Shown: positions 50,105-59,699, counted from the stretch's first letter. The stretch: DNA of 64,000 nucleotides from Candidatus Woesearchaeota archaeon (GCA_018302545.1 JAGVZM010000003.1:40058-104057), one strand, 5' to 3'. Made by a program: numbers and translations. Notes: generated from the sequence alone by a model not told the origin.

Positions 50105-50545
50105 TTGGTTAAAATGGCAGAAATAATGGAGTTTAGGGTAGTAAGGCTAAGAAAACCAGATGAAAAATCCCTAAATTTAGATTTACAATGGTTTGCCCAA
50201 AGTTTAGGCTTATTTGGAGATAGAGATAAAGAAAAGTCATGTTTTAGAGTCTTTTTGGAATTACTAAAAGCTAGTAGGCTAAGAAAACCAGTCTCTAGTG
50301 ATGATATAGCATTAAGGTCTAATCTATCTAGAGGAACAGTAGTCCATCATTTACATAGGTTGGAAGATTCAGGTTTAATAATTATAAAGCATAATAGGTA
50401 CTTGCTCAGAGAGCCAAATTTAGAAAATTTAATCCTAGAAATGAAAAAAGATATGCTAAGAACTATTCAAGATATACAAGAGATAGCTCAAGAAATAGAT
50501 GAAGAGTTAGGTCTAGTAAAAAGAGAAAAAAAGGCAGTTTCCTAA
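50105..50545 (+). CDS. Winged-helix transcriptional regulator divergent from the grpE-dnaK-dnaJ operon (candidate heat-shock repressor)
   Basis: wHTH-like segment LSRGTVVHHLHRLEDSGLI. Position is divergent to the operon. Confidence 0.5.
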   Translation: MVKMAEIMEFRVVRLRKPDEKSLNLDLQWFAQSLGLFGDRDKEKSCFRVFLELLKASRLRKPVSSDDIALRSNLSRGTVVHHLHRLEDSGLIIIKHNRYLLREPNLENLILEMKKDMLRTIQDIQEIAQEIDEELGLVKREKKAVS

Positions 50546-50612
50546 TTTATTACTATTATTAAATATACATGTATATACAAACACTTAGAAAGTTAAATTC
50601 TAAACTTAATTT

Positions 50613-52142
50613 ATGGGATTATTAAAAAGTTTAGAAAATGCACTCTTTAATGCAGCTGATAAATTAGAGTCAAATCCAGTTGTAAATAGAAGAGCCCTTT
50701 TACAAGGTGCAGCTGCAACTGCAGGAGCTGTAACTTTAATATCAAAACTGAGAGAATCAACAGCAGCAGAACCAAAATGGGATGTTTCTTATATGTGGCA
50801 TACAGATATAGACTCTGTTCTAGATTATCAAGAAGTTATAGGTCAAAAGTTAGGTCCAGAAGTAGAAAAAGAATTGCATGTTGTAAGAGGTAGATCAGGA
50901 AATTACGGTTTAATATATGATAGAAATGGAACTAAAGAAGAGGCAGAAAAAACTGCAAAAAATCACCAGAGAATACTAAAGAGAATAGGTTTAGAAGAAG
51001 CAACACCAATTCAAGATGAAGGATATTCTAAGCTTTATAACGTGGTTTATGGAAAAGGTCCAAATTTACAACAACTAAAGGGAGATTATAAAATTGTATA
51101 TAGAACATTAGGAATAGGAGTAGGAAAAGATTTAGTAATAGAAAGAATAAATGGAGACTACGCCTTAGTTTGGAGAAGAAGAGGAGATCTAGATTCAACA
51201 TTTGATATAGCAAGAGGACACGCACAAATTCTGAAAAAAGAAAATATAGAAGCATCAGTAATAACAGAAAATAATAATCCTACAGTTTTTGGAGAATCAA
51301 GCCATTTAGATGAAGATATTCCAGTAAAAAAATTAAGAGCAAAAAGACAAAAACCAAAACTGAATAATCTAGAATTAGAAATTGAAACCTTAATAGGAGA
51401 TTTAAGAAAAAAAGGATTAATTGAAGAGGATGAAGTAACTGCCTGGTCTGTTTATGATTTCACAACAGGAGAGAAATTAGTTTCTATTAATGAAGATGTT
51501 CCATTACAATGTGCAAGTATGGTCAAACCATTAGTGGCTTTAGCATTTTTCGATCAAGTAAAAAAAGGAAATCTAAGTTACACATCCAAAGCAAGAATGC
51601 ATATGGAAAGAATGATTCAAAAAAGTAGCAATTCTTCTACAAATTGGGTAATTGATAGATTAGGTGGCCCAGGCCAAGTTCAAAAAACATTAAAAGATTG
51701 TTATGGTAATGTTTGTCAGCAAACAAATGTTGTAGAAAGAATACCTGGAGGTGGAAGAACTTATAGAAATAAAGCATCAACACATGATTATAGCAGATTC
51801 TTGTATAATTTATGGAATAATAATTTACCTTACTCACAAGAAATAAAACGATTAATGGCTCTACCAGGAAGAGACAGGGTTTATACAGGAGCAAAAAAAG
51901 TTCCTGAAGGAACACTTGTTTATAATAAAACAGGAAGTACTGCTAGATTATGTGGAGATATGGGAATATTATATGCAAAAGGAAGAGATGGTGAAAGACA
52001 CGCTTATACTGTAGTAGGAGTAATACAAAAACAAAGAAAAACAAGAAGATATTTACCATGGATTGCATCAAGAGGTAATGTAATAAGAGAAGTTTCTAAT
52101 AAGGTCTATGAACATTTAAGACAAGTACATGATTTAGTTTGA
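50613..52142 (+). CDS. Tat-secreted protein with two SPOR-like peptidoglycan-binding repeats and a C-terminal serine beta-lactamase/PBP-like domain
   Basis: RRALLQGAAATAGA twin-arginine signal. SxxK (ASMVKP), SxN (SSN) and KTG (NKTGST) motifs. Confidence 0.6.
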   Translation: MGLLKSLENALFNAADKLESNPVVNRRALLQGAAATAGAVTLISKLRESTAAEPKWDVSYMWHTDIDSVLDYQEVIGQKLGPEVEKELHVVRGRSGNYGLIYDRNGTKEEAEKTAKNHQRILKRIGLEEATPIQDEGYSKLYNVVYGKGPNLQQLKGDYKIVYRTLGIGVGKDLVIERINGDYALVWRRRGDLDSTFDIARGHAQILKKENIEASVITENNNPTVFGESSHLDEDIPVKKLRAKRQKPKLNNLELEIETLIGDLRKKGLIEEDEVTAWSVYDFTTGEKLVSINEDVPLQCASMVKPLVALAFFDQVKKGNLSYTSKARMHMERMIQKSSNSSTNWVIDRLGGPGQVQKTLKDCYGNVCQQTNVVERIPGGGRTYRNKASTHDYSRFLYNLWNNNLPYSQEIKRLMALPGRDRVYTGAKKVPEGTLVYNKTGSTARLCGDMGILYAKGRDGERHAYTVVGVIQKQRKTRRYLPWIASRGNVIREVSNKVYEHLRQVHDLV

Positions 52143-52799
52143 TTCCTTTTTAAAGATAATTATATTCCCTCTTCCCTTTTTAATTTTCTCTATCTTTCCT
52201 TTGCTTTCCAATTCAGAAATAATCAAACTTATTTTTGCTTCTGAATAAGGAAATAATTTTCTTAAGTCTTTTTGTTTGATTCTCTTTTCATTTTTAATAA
52301 ATTCTAATACCTTATTCACAAGTTCATCATTTTCAAAATTATTTGATTTAACCACTCTATTTTTTCTAAAATTAAAAATTAAAAAAATAATAAGCAATAA
52401 TACTATAATTAGAATTGCCCAAATCCAAGAGTAGTTATTCTCGTTTAAATCTTCTTGAAAATCAGATTCAAGATCCACATCCTCTTCATTTGTATCAAAC
52501 TCAGGAAAGAGTATAATATCTAATTGATAGTTTCCATCATTTATTATAATCAAATTTTCATGCCCTAAAATAGAACCATTTAAGGAAAAAACAAATAGTT
52601 CATAATCTCCATTAGGTAACTCAAAAGAATAACTGCCATTTTTAACAACCTGTTTTTGTATAGGAGAACTATTAACTTCAATAATAATATTCGTAACATA
52701 ATCTAATGAGAAATCATAAATTTCTCCTTGTACTATTGCAGCTGATGAAAATGGAGTAATTAGCAGTATTATAGTAATAAAAGAGATTAACCATTTCAT
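52134..52799 (-). CDS. Membrane-anchored winged-helix protein
   Basis: Signal peptide, one TM helix, C-terminal wHTH (KQKDLRKLFPYSEAKISLIISELESKGKI). Confidence 0.45.
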   Translation of the reverse strand: MKWLISFITIILLITPFSSAAIVQGEIYDFSLDYVTNIIIEVNSSPIQKQVVKNGSYSFELPNGDYELFVFSLNGSILGHENLIIINDGNYQLDIILFPEFDTNEEDVDLESDFQEDLNENNYSWIWAILIIVLLLIIFLIFNFRKNRVVKSNNFENDELVNKVLEFIKNEKRIKQKDLRKLFPYSEAKISLIISELESKGKIEKIKKGRGNIIIFKKESN

Positions 52800-52961
52800 A
52801 TAATAAATTAAAATTCGGTCTATAAATAGCTTTCTTTTGCTAAATTCAAATGATATAAAGTTTCATAAAGTTTTGTAAAGCTTTAAAATAGGCAAAACTA
52901 AAAGTATATTTATATATAAGGAAACTAATAACAACTTATCAAAATTTCATAGGAGGACAAA

Positions 52962-54014
52962 ATGAAAAAGACAATATCCATTGCATTAAGCTTATTGATT
53001 ATAATTAGTATCTTGCCATTCGCTTATGCTGAAAATATAGAAATTGAAAGCGATACAAGAGTATTAACTGATTCAGAAACAAATACAGAATTAGGAGCCT
53101 CAGTAGAAGTGTCTACAGATGATAATGAAAGAGGATCAAGAGAGGAAAATAAAGGAAGAAAAAGAGCAGAAACAAAGATAAAATCGAATATAGAAATTAA
53201 AAATTTGATGAAGGAAAGAATAGAATCAAGAAAGAATTTATTGCACGAATCTAGAAAAGATTTCTTGGATTTAAAAAAGGATTTAAAATCCTGTAGGGGA
53301 AAAGATAATGATAAATGTGATCAGTTAAGAATAGATGTCCAGCTAAAATCAAAAGAATATATGTTAGGTGCAGCAATGAGAATAATAGAAACACTAGAAT
53401 TAGCTAAAGAAAAACTAGAAGAAACAAATATAAATGCTGAAGTAAAAACAGGACTTTTATCTAGACTAGAGACAGATATTAAAGCAATGAATGATGTAAA
53501 AATCAAGATTCAAGGAATAAATGAATCAGAGCCTTCAAAAGAACAAGTAAAAGATGTAGCAGAAGACTTAAAATCAGAATGGAAAAGATCTCAAAGAACA
53601 TTATTAGTTATTAATTATGTTTTAGTTGACTTAAAAGCGAATAATATATTAGAAAAATCCGAAAAGTTGAAAGAAAGATTAAATAAGATAATAGAAAGCT
53701 TAGAATCTAAAGGAGAATTAACTGCTGAAATAAAATTAAAAGTAGATGAATTGAACATTCACCTTAACAAAGCTAAAGAGAAAAGAGAAGAAGCATTAAA
53801 GATCTTTGCTGAAGTTCCAGTAGTTCATGATACAGAAGATCAAGAAGTTTGGAAAAACACAAAAGAGGGACATAAATTACATAAAGAAGCTAGAGAAGAA
53901 CTTAGAAAAGCACATAAATTATTAATCGAAATTGTAAGATTAATAAAAGGTACAGATAACTTAACAGTTATTGCAGAATCAAATACAGAAGTAAATGTAG
54001 AGGAGAGTGCTTAA
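52962..54014 (+). CDS. Secreted coiled-coil protein
   Basis: Signal peptide followed by K/E-rich heptad-like sequence. Confidence 0.45.
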   Translation: MKKTISIALSLLIIISILPFAYAENIEIESDTRVLTDSETNTELGASVEVSTDDNERGSREENKGRKRAETKIKSNIEIKNLMKERIESRKNLLHESRKDFLDLKKDLKSCRGKDNDKCDQLRIDVQLKSKEYMLGAAMRIIETLELAKEKLEETNINAEVKTGLLSRLETDIKAMNDVKIKIQGINESEPSKEQVKDVAEDLKSEWKRSQRTLLVINYVLVDLKANNILEKSEKLKERLNKIIESLESKGELTAEIKLKVDELNIHLNKAKEKREEALKIFAEVPVVHDTEDQEVWKNTKEGHKLHKEAREELRKAHKLLIEIVRLIKGTDNLTVIAESNTEVNVEESA

Positions 54015-54222
54015 AATGAAAATACTTATTTTAGCTTTTTTATTAGTTAGTGTATTTTTAATTGCTTGTACTCCTGAAGAAAAAGTAAATAAAGAAGAAA
54101 TTAATTCAGTAAGTCAACAAGTAGATTCTATTGATGTAGAAACTATCAACGGATTAGATGATGAAATAGATTTAAATGAATTCGAGAATCTAGATGAAAA
54201 TCTAGATTTAGAAGACCTTTAA
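54007..54222 (+). CDS. Small acidic lipoprotein
   Basis: Lipobox-like LIAC. D/E-rich tail. Confidence 0.4.
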   Translation: MLKMKILILAFLLVSVFLIACTPEEKVNKEEINSVSQQVDSIDVETINGLDDEIDLNEFENLDENLDLEDL

Positions 54223-54500
54223 ACCAGTTCTTCTAATTCTTTTTTTATTTGTTTATTGTGCCCAACTAAAGCAGTAACTCTACTTCTAATTTCACTTATT
54301 CTTCTAGAAACATCAATCCCTAAGTGGCAAGCATAAACCTCTGCATAAAATAAAACCTCTGGTAAAGTTGAAAAAGCAATAGGCCCTTCCTTTAAGAAAC
54401 AAGTTGTATCTTTACTAATTTTATCTGCATATTTTAAAAGACTATAAACAGTTATTTCACTTATATCTGCTTTTCCAGAATAAAAACTTGTCATGACCAT
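54219..54500 (-). CDS. Hypothetical protein
   Basis: ORF only. Confidence 0.35.
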   Translation of the reverse strand: MVMTSFYSGKADISEITVYSLLKYADKISKDTTCFLKEGPIAFSTLPEVLFYAEVYACHLGIDVSRRISEIRSRVTALVGHNKQIKKELEELV

Positions 54501-54530
54501 TAACTGACTAAAAAGAAAAATAATTTAAAA

Positions 54531-55535
54531 TTAACTACTAACAGCTTGACTCGCTATAGCAGAAGCAAAACTCGAAGGAATTGAGAATCCTATACCTTCA
54601 GAATTTCCTACTTTATATGTGTTTATTCCAACAATTTGTTTTTTATTATTTATCAAAGGACCACCAGAATTTCCAGGATTAATTGCAACATCTGTTTGTA
54701 TGTATCCAACACCACTACTATCTATATTTCTATTTAAAGCACTAATTATTCCTTCTGTAACTGTAAAACTTAAACCTAAAGGATTACCAACAGCAATAAC
54801 TCTTTCACCAACTTTAATGTCAGAAGAACTAGCAAAACTTAAAGCACTAAAACCACTACTAGAACTTATTTTTAGAACAGCTAAGTCAGCATTACTAGCA
54901 ACACCAATTAAAGTAGCACTATAACTATTGCCATTATAATCAATTGCCTGTATGCTACTTACCCCTTCTATAACATGTTTATTTGTCATTATATAGCCTT
55001 GAGAATTAAAAATAACACCGCTCCCTTGCCCTTTATTCGTTCTTATACTTACAACAGACCTAATTACCTCATCAACTATAGAAGAAAAATCAGCACTACT
55101 AACTTGAATACTAGAAATTTGAGTTTCTAATTCAGAATTTTTTTTATTCAAATTACTAACTTGTCCAGAAACAGACTCTAATCCTTCTTGAGTAGCCTCT
55201 GTAGCACCTCTAACACTATTTAAATCCAGTTTTAATTTGGAAGTTTCAGAATTTAAATTATCTTGTAATGTTTTAAAATTTTTATTTGTTTTTTCTTCTA
55301 TTGCTTTTCTCTGATTAGTACTAAATTCTCTTTCTTCATCTATCTTATTTAATAACTTACTCTCCGTATCATTTAGTTCAGAATCTAAATTATCTAACTT
55401 ACCACCAAGACTACTTATCTGACTTTTATAATCAGTTTTCAATGAATTATAAGTTACATAATTTGTACCAATTAAAATTATTAAGAAAACAAATCCAAAC
55501 AACATTAAATCTGTAAATCTCAAATCAGTTCGCAT
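54531..55535 (-). CDS. Membrane-anchored trypsin-like serine protease (S1C/HtrA-like, no PDZ domain)
   Basis: Catalytic TNKHV (His), DLAVLKI (Asp), GNSGGP (Ser). N-terminal TM and coiled coil. Confidence 0.7.
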   Translation of the reverse strand: MRTDLRFTDLMLFGFVFLIILIGTNYVTYNSLKTDYKSQISSLGGKLDNLDSELNDTESKLLNKIDEEREFSTNQRKAIEEKTNKNFKTLQDNLNSETSKLKLDLNSVRGATEATQEGLESVSGQVSNLNKKNSELETQISSIQVSSADFSSIVDEVIRSVVSIRTNKGQGSGVIFNSQGYIMTNKHVIEGVSSIQAIDYNGNSYSATLIGVASNADLAVLKISSSSGFSALSFASSSDIKVGERVIAVGNPLGLSFTVTEGIISALNRNIDSSGVGYIQTDVAINPGNSGGPLINNKKQIVGINTYKVGNSEGIGFSIPSSFASAIASQAVSS

Positions 55536-55647
55536 TATAAATTAATCATTAATATTATTTAATAATGTTTTGGAATTATCTAGCCACATAGATTTTAAAT
55601 TTGTAGAAAACAAAAAAGTTTAATAGTCTCATTATAAAGAGGAATAT

Positions 55648-56154
55648 ATGGAAAATCCCTTACTAACTTTAAAACCAAGCATTACCAACGCATTATTACC
55701 TTCATTTTTAAAAAATTTATTTTATGCAATCATAATATCAGGAATAGCTTTTTTAATTTCCCTTATATTAAGATTTTTTGATATAATAGATTATACAACC
55801 TCAACATTATTGGTTTCAGCAGCAGTTTTAATTATAGTAGTAGACTTAATTCCAACAATTATAAGATTAATAATATTATACAATACTAAATATTTATTTT
55901 ATCCACACCATTTAATAAGAGAATTTGAGTTAATAATAATTAAAAGATATTCAGTACCTTATAATCAAATAGTAAATATAAAAACAAAAGTATCTTTATG
56001 GGATAGATTATGCAATGCAGGAGATATAATAATACATACAGCAGAAGATAAGGCGCAAGATTTAATTTTACATTATATAAAAAACCCACAAGAATTAGAA
56101 CATAGATTATATAAAATGGCACACATAACTAAAGACAAAAAAGTTCATAACTAA
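55648..56154 (+). CDS. Membrane protein, possibly bacterial-PH (YdbT-like) domain
   Basis: Two or three TM helices plus a soluble domain. Confidence 0.35.
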   Translation: MENPLLTLKPSITNALLPSFLKNLFYAIIISGIAFLISLILRFFDIIDYTTSTLLVSAAVLIIVVDLIPTIIRLIILYNTKYLFYPHHLIREFELIIIKRYSVPYNQIVNIKTKVSLWDRLCNAGDIIIHTAEDKAQDLILHYIKNPQELEHRLYKMAHITKDKKVHN

Positions 56155-56230
56155 ACAAATTCCGTTTTCATCTAATTCCAGTCATTATCCAACCAAAAGC
56201 TTTAAAAACACCCCATTTTTGCTATTTAAT

Positions 56231-56403
56231 GGGCGGTCATAGTGGCTTGGTTCCACCCGATCTCATCGATCTATTCAAGATTGAAAGATCTGAGGAATTC
56301 GAACTCGGAATGAGTTTATCTCTATAAATTCACGAGAGAGTTAAGCAAGCCGACGTTTTATGTTGTACTGTTCTTCGAACGGGAAGCATATTTCGCTGCC
56401 CAC
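56231..56403 (+). rRNA. rrf: 5S rRNA, expanded to about 173 nt with two extra hairpins
   Basis: GGGCGGUCAUAGUGG...CCACCCGAUCUCAU...UUCGAACUCGGAA...UUAAGC...GUACUG...CGCUGCCC. The ends pair (GGGCGG/CUGCCC). A TATA-like GCTATTTAAT lies upstream. Confidence 0.7.
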
Positions 56404-56456
56404 CTTATTTTCTCTTAAAGAATAAAGTTTATATAATATCAATTTCTCAAGATTAT

Positions 56457-57947
56457 ATGAAAAAAAGAGCATTATTTATTGTCTTAATACTCCTTTTAAT
56501 TTTAATATCTTGTACTAAAGAAAAACCAACCCCTAATGAAGTTCTTGATAATATAGATGATCAAAAACCACGAGTTCAAAATAATGAAAATCAACAAGAA
56601 TCTGAAAAACAAGTACAAGAAAATAATCAAAGACCACAAATAAGAAAAAATACACAACCAATTCAAACATCTGTAGGAATTACAGACCCTCTTGCAGTAT
56701 TCAAACCTGCTAAGATAAGTTTACAAGCATTTGGAAAACCATTCAAAGATACAACATTTGGAACTACTTTAACAAGAGTAGGAGAAACAGAAAGACTAGT
56801 TGATGACATTGGTGTTCAGCATTGGGATAGACATACTTATTCTCAATTACAAGCATTTAATTTAGATAATAGTTTAATAATGTTAAACAATAATAATTTA
56901 ATGACTTTTAGAGATATGAATGATAATTTAAAAATTGTATATCAATTTGAAAATGTAATAAATACTCCAAGATGGAACCCAATAAATAAACATGAAGTTT
57001 ATCATTTTAGATTTTTTGAAGAAAGAGTGAGTTTACTAAAAACAAATGTAATGAGTGGAGAAACAGAAACAGTAGTAGAATATCCTGAAAAATATGTTAA
57101 TATAGAAAATACTGTATCTTCAGAAGAACTATCAAATGATGGAAGATGGATTGTTGCCTATTTATTTGACAAAAATGATGATGGTTATTTTGTTGCTTAT
57201 GATCTAATAGATAAAAAATTCGGAGTTCAATTAGGAGAACATACTGAATTATTTAATGGCCCTTGTGGAAAATTCCAAGATAGAGATAATGCTGATGAAG
57301 GAGGCAGTTATGATGCTGGTCCAAATTGGGTAAGAGCTTCTCCTTTAGGAAAAATGGTTATAGCCTGGAATAGGCCTGGAAACGAAAGATGCAGGGGTAT
57401 AGAAGTTTTAGATATTAAAACTGGAAAATATATTGGTCATGTTGGAGAAAGTGGTTCCCATAGTGATGTAGGTTTAGATAAAAATGGAAATGAAGTTTAC
57501 GTTGCTTTCTATGAAGGTTATATTGGAGCAACAACTTTTCCAGGTGCAACCTCTCCAAATACTTTTGAATCTAATCCAGAAAAACCTTATTTCCAAGTTT
57601 TATTAGATCCAGATTATGGACATACTTGGCATTTATCATGTCAAGGTGCACCAGGTGTTTGTGTTGTAACTTCAGAACCAGAAATAAAAGGAAATCCATT
57701 TGATGATGAAATCTATTTAGTTTATTTAGATAGTGATGTTCAAAGAGGAGATAATTCAAATGCTAAAGTTAGAAGATTAGCACATACAAGATTAGATGAT
57801 ACTTCTTGTGAGGTTGATGGAGAATTTAGTTATAGAATGCAGCCTCAAGCAAGTATTTCTAGAGACGGAAGTTATGTTGTATTTGCTTCTAATTGGGGAA
57901 AATGTGGAGATGCAAGTTATTCTTATTTAATAGATTTAAGAAAATAG
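56457..57947 (+). CDS. Secreted lipoprotein, probably beta-rich, function unknown
   Basis: Lipobox LISC. Confidence 0.45.
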   Translation: MKKRALFIVLILLLILISCTKEKPTPNEVLDNIDDQKPRVQNNENQQESEKQVQENNQRPQIRKNTQPIQTSVGITDPLAVFKPAKISLQAFGKPFKDTTFGTTLTRVGETERLVDDIGVQHWDRHTYSQLQAFNLDNSLIMLNNNNLMTFRDMNDNLKIVYQFENVINTPRWNPINKHEVYHFRFFEERVSLLKTNVMSGETETVVEYPEKYVNIENTVSSEELSNDGRWIVAYLFDKNDDGYFVAYDLIDKKFGVQLGEHTELFNGPCGKFQDRDNADEGGSYDAGPNWVRASPLGKMVIAWNRPGNERCRGIEVLDIKTGKYIGHVGESGSHSDVGLDKNGNEVYVAFYEGYIGATTFPGATSPNTFESNPEKPYFQVLLDPDYGHTWHLSCQGAPGVCVVTSEPEIKGNPFDDEIYLVYLDSDVQRGDNSNAKVRRLAHTRLDDTSCEVDGEFSYRMQPQASISRDGSYVVFASNWGKCGDASYSYLIDLRK

Positions 57948-57949
57948 AA

Positions 57950-58252
57950 TTATCTTTTATTAAACTCTTCTAAAGCCAATTTATAAGCATCTAATTCTGT
58001 TTTTTCTTCTCTTGACAATTCTCTTGATTGATGTTCAGCGCCTCCTAAAGTAAATGCCTCCAATTTACCAATTCTTCCTTGAATATCTAAAAATCCTAAT
58101 TGTCCTGATTGATTATAAGAGCCAAAAGAATCTGTACCAATTCTAGTTAAAAGTTCAGAAGCTTGTCTGTAATAGGTAGTATTTCTCAAATAATTATCTC
58201 TATCTCCCTCTCCCTGAATAATAACCAACTTTGGTTTTTTATCTTCTTCCAT
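57950..58252 (-). CDS. Hypothetical protein
   Basis: ORF only. Confidence 0.35.
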   Translation of the reverse strand: MEEDKKPKLVIIQGEGDRDNYLRNTTYYRQASELLTRIGTDSFGSYNQSGQLGFLDIQGRIGKLEAFTLGGAEHQSRELSREEKTELDAYKLALEEFNKR

Positions 58253-58293
58253 ATTAATAAAAATAAAGAAAAAATCTTAAAACTTTCTAAAGT

Positions 58294-58329
58294 TCAATTC
58301 TTCCTATCAGCAATCTTCCATAAATATTA
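58294..58329. repeat. Left copy of a ~36-bp direct repeat duplicating the 3' end of the trmB-like gene. It encodes ...YLWKIADRKN*.
   Basis: TCAATTCTTCCTATCAGCAATCTTCCATAAATATTA versus 58839-58874 TTAATTTTTCCGATCAGCAATTTTCCATAAATATTC. Confidence 0.6.
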
Positions 58330-58389
58330 AAGATTAAATAATATAATCAAAAAAGTAAATTATTTAAATCCTTAAGTATAATTAGAATT

Positions 58390-58563
58390 ATGACAACTGA
58401 AACCCAACAAATACTAGCAGAATTGAAAGCAATAAGATCAGAACTTGATTTTATTAAAGGGCATATTGTAGATCTTGACCTTGTACTTACAGATGCAGAT
58501 TTAAAAACATTAGATGAATCTGAAAAAGAGTTGCAACAAGGAAAGACAAAGAGGCTGGTATAA
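58390..58563 (+). CDS. Antitoxin of a RelE/ParE-type toxin-antitoxin pair (57 aa, not in the ORF track)
   Basis: Manual translation MTTETQQILAELKAIRSELDFIKGHIVDLDLVLTDADLKTLDESEKELQQGKTKRLV. Stop lies 2 nt before the toxin TTG start. Confidence 0.5.
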   Translation: MTTETQQILAELKAIRSELDFIKGHIVDLDLVLTDADLKTLDESEKELQQGKTKRLV

Positions 58564-58565
58564 AT

Positions 58566-58841
58566 TTGTCTTATCAAGTACATCTTTCTAAAAATGCAGA
58601 TGAATTCTTAGAAAAATTAGATAAACACCTAAATGAGAGAATCAAAAAGCGATTAATAAAGCTGGCAGAGAATCCAATACCAACTGATGCAAAATTCATC
58701 ACACGTGATAAATCAGAAGATAAAATTTTTCGATATAGGATTGGAGAATATAGAGCACTTTATAAGATAAAAGAAAAAGAAAGGATTGTTCTTATTGCTG
58801 AGATTGACAAAAGACCAAGAATATATGATAAAATTAATTAA
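58566..58841 (+). CDS. relE: RelE/ParE-family toxin
   Basis: YRIGEYRALYKIKEKERIVLIAEIDKRPRIY matches the RelE C-terminal signature. Confidence 0.7.
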   Translation: MSYQVHLSKNADEFLEKLDKHLNERIKKRLIKLAENPIPTDAKFITRDKSEDKIFRYRIGEYRALYKIKEKERIVLIAEIDKRPRIYDKIN

Positions 58842-59590
58842 TTTTTCCGATCAGCAATTTTCCATAAATATTCAAAATGATTTTTATAAGTTTCAGCTAT
58901 ATCTTTATTTTTAATCATAATTGCAGTTATAGGATTTCCCCAAGTAACAATAACAACTTTATCCCCATAAACAAAGGTATTTGTTGGATTAAAATCTTTA
59001 GCTTCCAAAAACCTATATTCTGTATTAGGTGCAACATCTTTATCAAATAAAAATACATCTTTGCTTTTTACAGTTATAATTCTTTCATTTATTTTATTAT
59101 TTCTCAAATCTCTAAAATATTGCTTCATAAAAATAGGTAAAGCTTCTTCATATTTTTTATCTTCTATGCCTGTAACTAAAACATCTTTTTCAGTTTTAAT
59201 AATGTCTTTAAGAAAATATTTCAAACCTTCACTGCCTCTAAAAACTTCAACAAAAGTATCTTCTCTAGGTAATTTCATAAATGATTCTAATTCTGGAAGA
59301 ATCTTCTCAAAATCTTTTTCTTGTTCATCTAAAATTCTTTTCTTTTCATCTAAATATTGTTTAATTTTTGAAGGATGAACTGCTTGAAAATGTTTCTTTG
59401 CTCCTTTTAAAACAGTTGTTACTAAGCCTTTTTCAATTAATTGTTCCAATTTATCATAGACATGTACCCTATAAATCCTAGTTCTATTAGAAATTTCATA
59501 AGCAGAACTAAGTCCTGATTTTAATAAATCTAAATATATTTTTATCTCATTATCAGTAAGCCCTAATTTTCTTAACACAGTATCATCCAT
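58838..59590 (-). CDS. TrmB-family transcriptional regulator (second copy)
   Basis: LTDNEIKIYLDLLKSGLSSAYEISNRTRIYRVHVYDKLEQLIEKGLV. Confidence 0.7.
   Translation of the reverse strand: MDDTVLRKLGLTDNEIKIYLDLLKSGLSSAYEISNRTRIYRVHVYDKLEQLIEKGLVTTVLKGAKKHFQAVHPSKIKQYLDEKKRILDEQEKDFEKILPELESFMKLPREDTFVEVFRGSEGLKYFLKDIIKTEKDVLVTGIEDKKYEEALPIFMKQYFRDLRNNKINERIITVKSKDVFLFDKDVAPNTEYRFLEAKDFNPTNTFVYGDKVVIVTWGNPITAIMIKNKDIAETYKNHFEYLWKIADRKN
58839..58874. repeat. Right copy of the ~36-bp direct repeat. This is the authentic 3' end of the trmB-like gene.
   Basis: See the left copy. About 31 of 36 positions are identical. Confidence 0.6.
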
Positions 59591-59699
59591 ATTATTCTAA
59601 TCTATTATTTCTTTATATATTTTTCGTACTAATTTGGTACGACAATATTTTAAGTATATTATATGTTTACTACTATTAAGTCAAAAATCGGAGGAAAAA

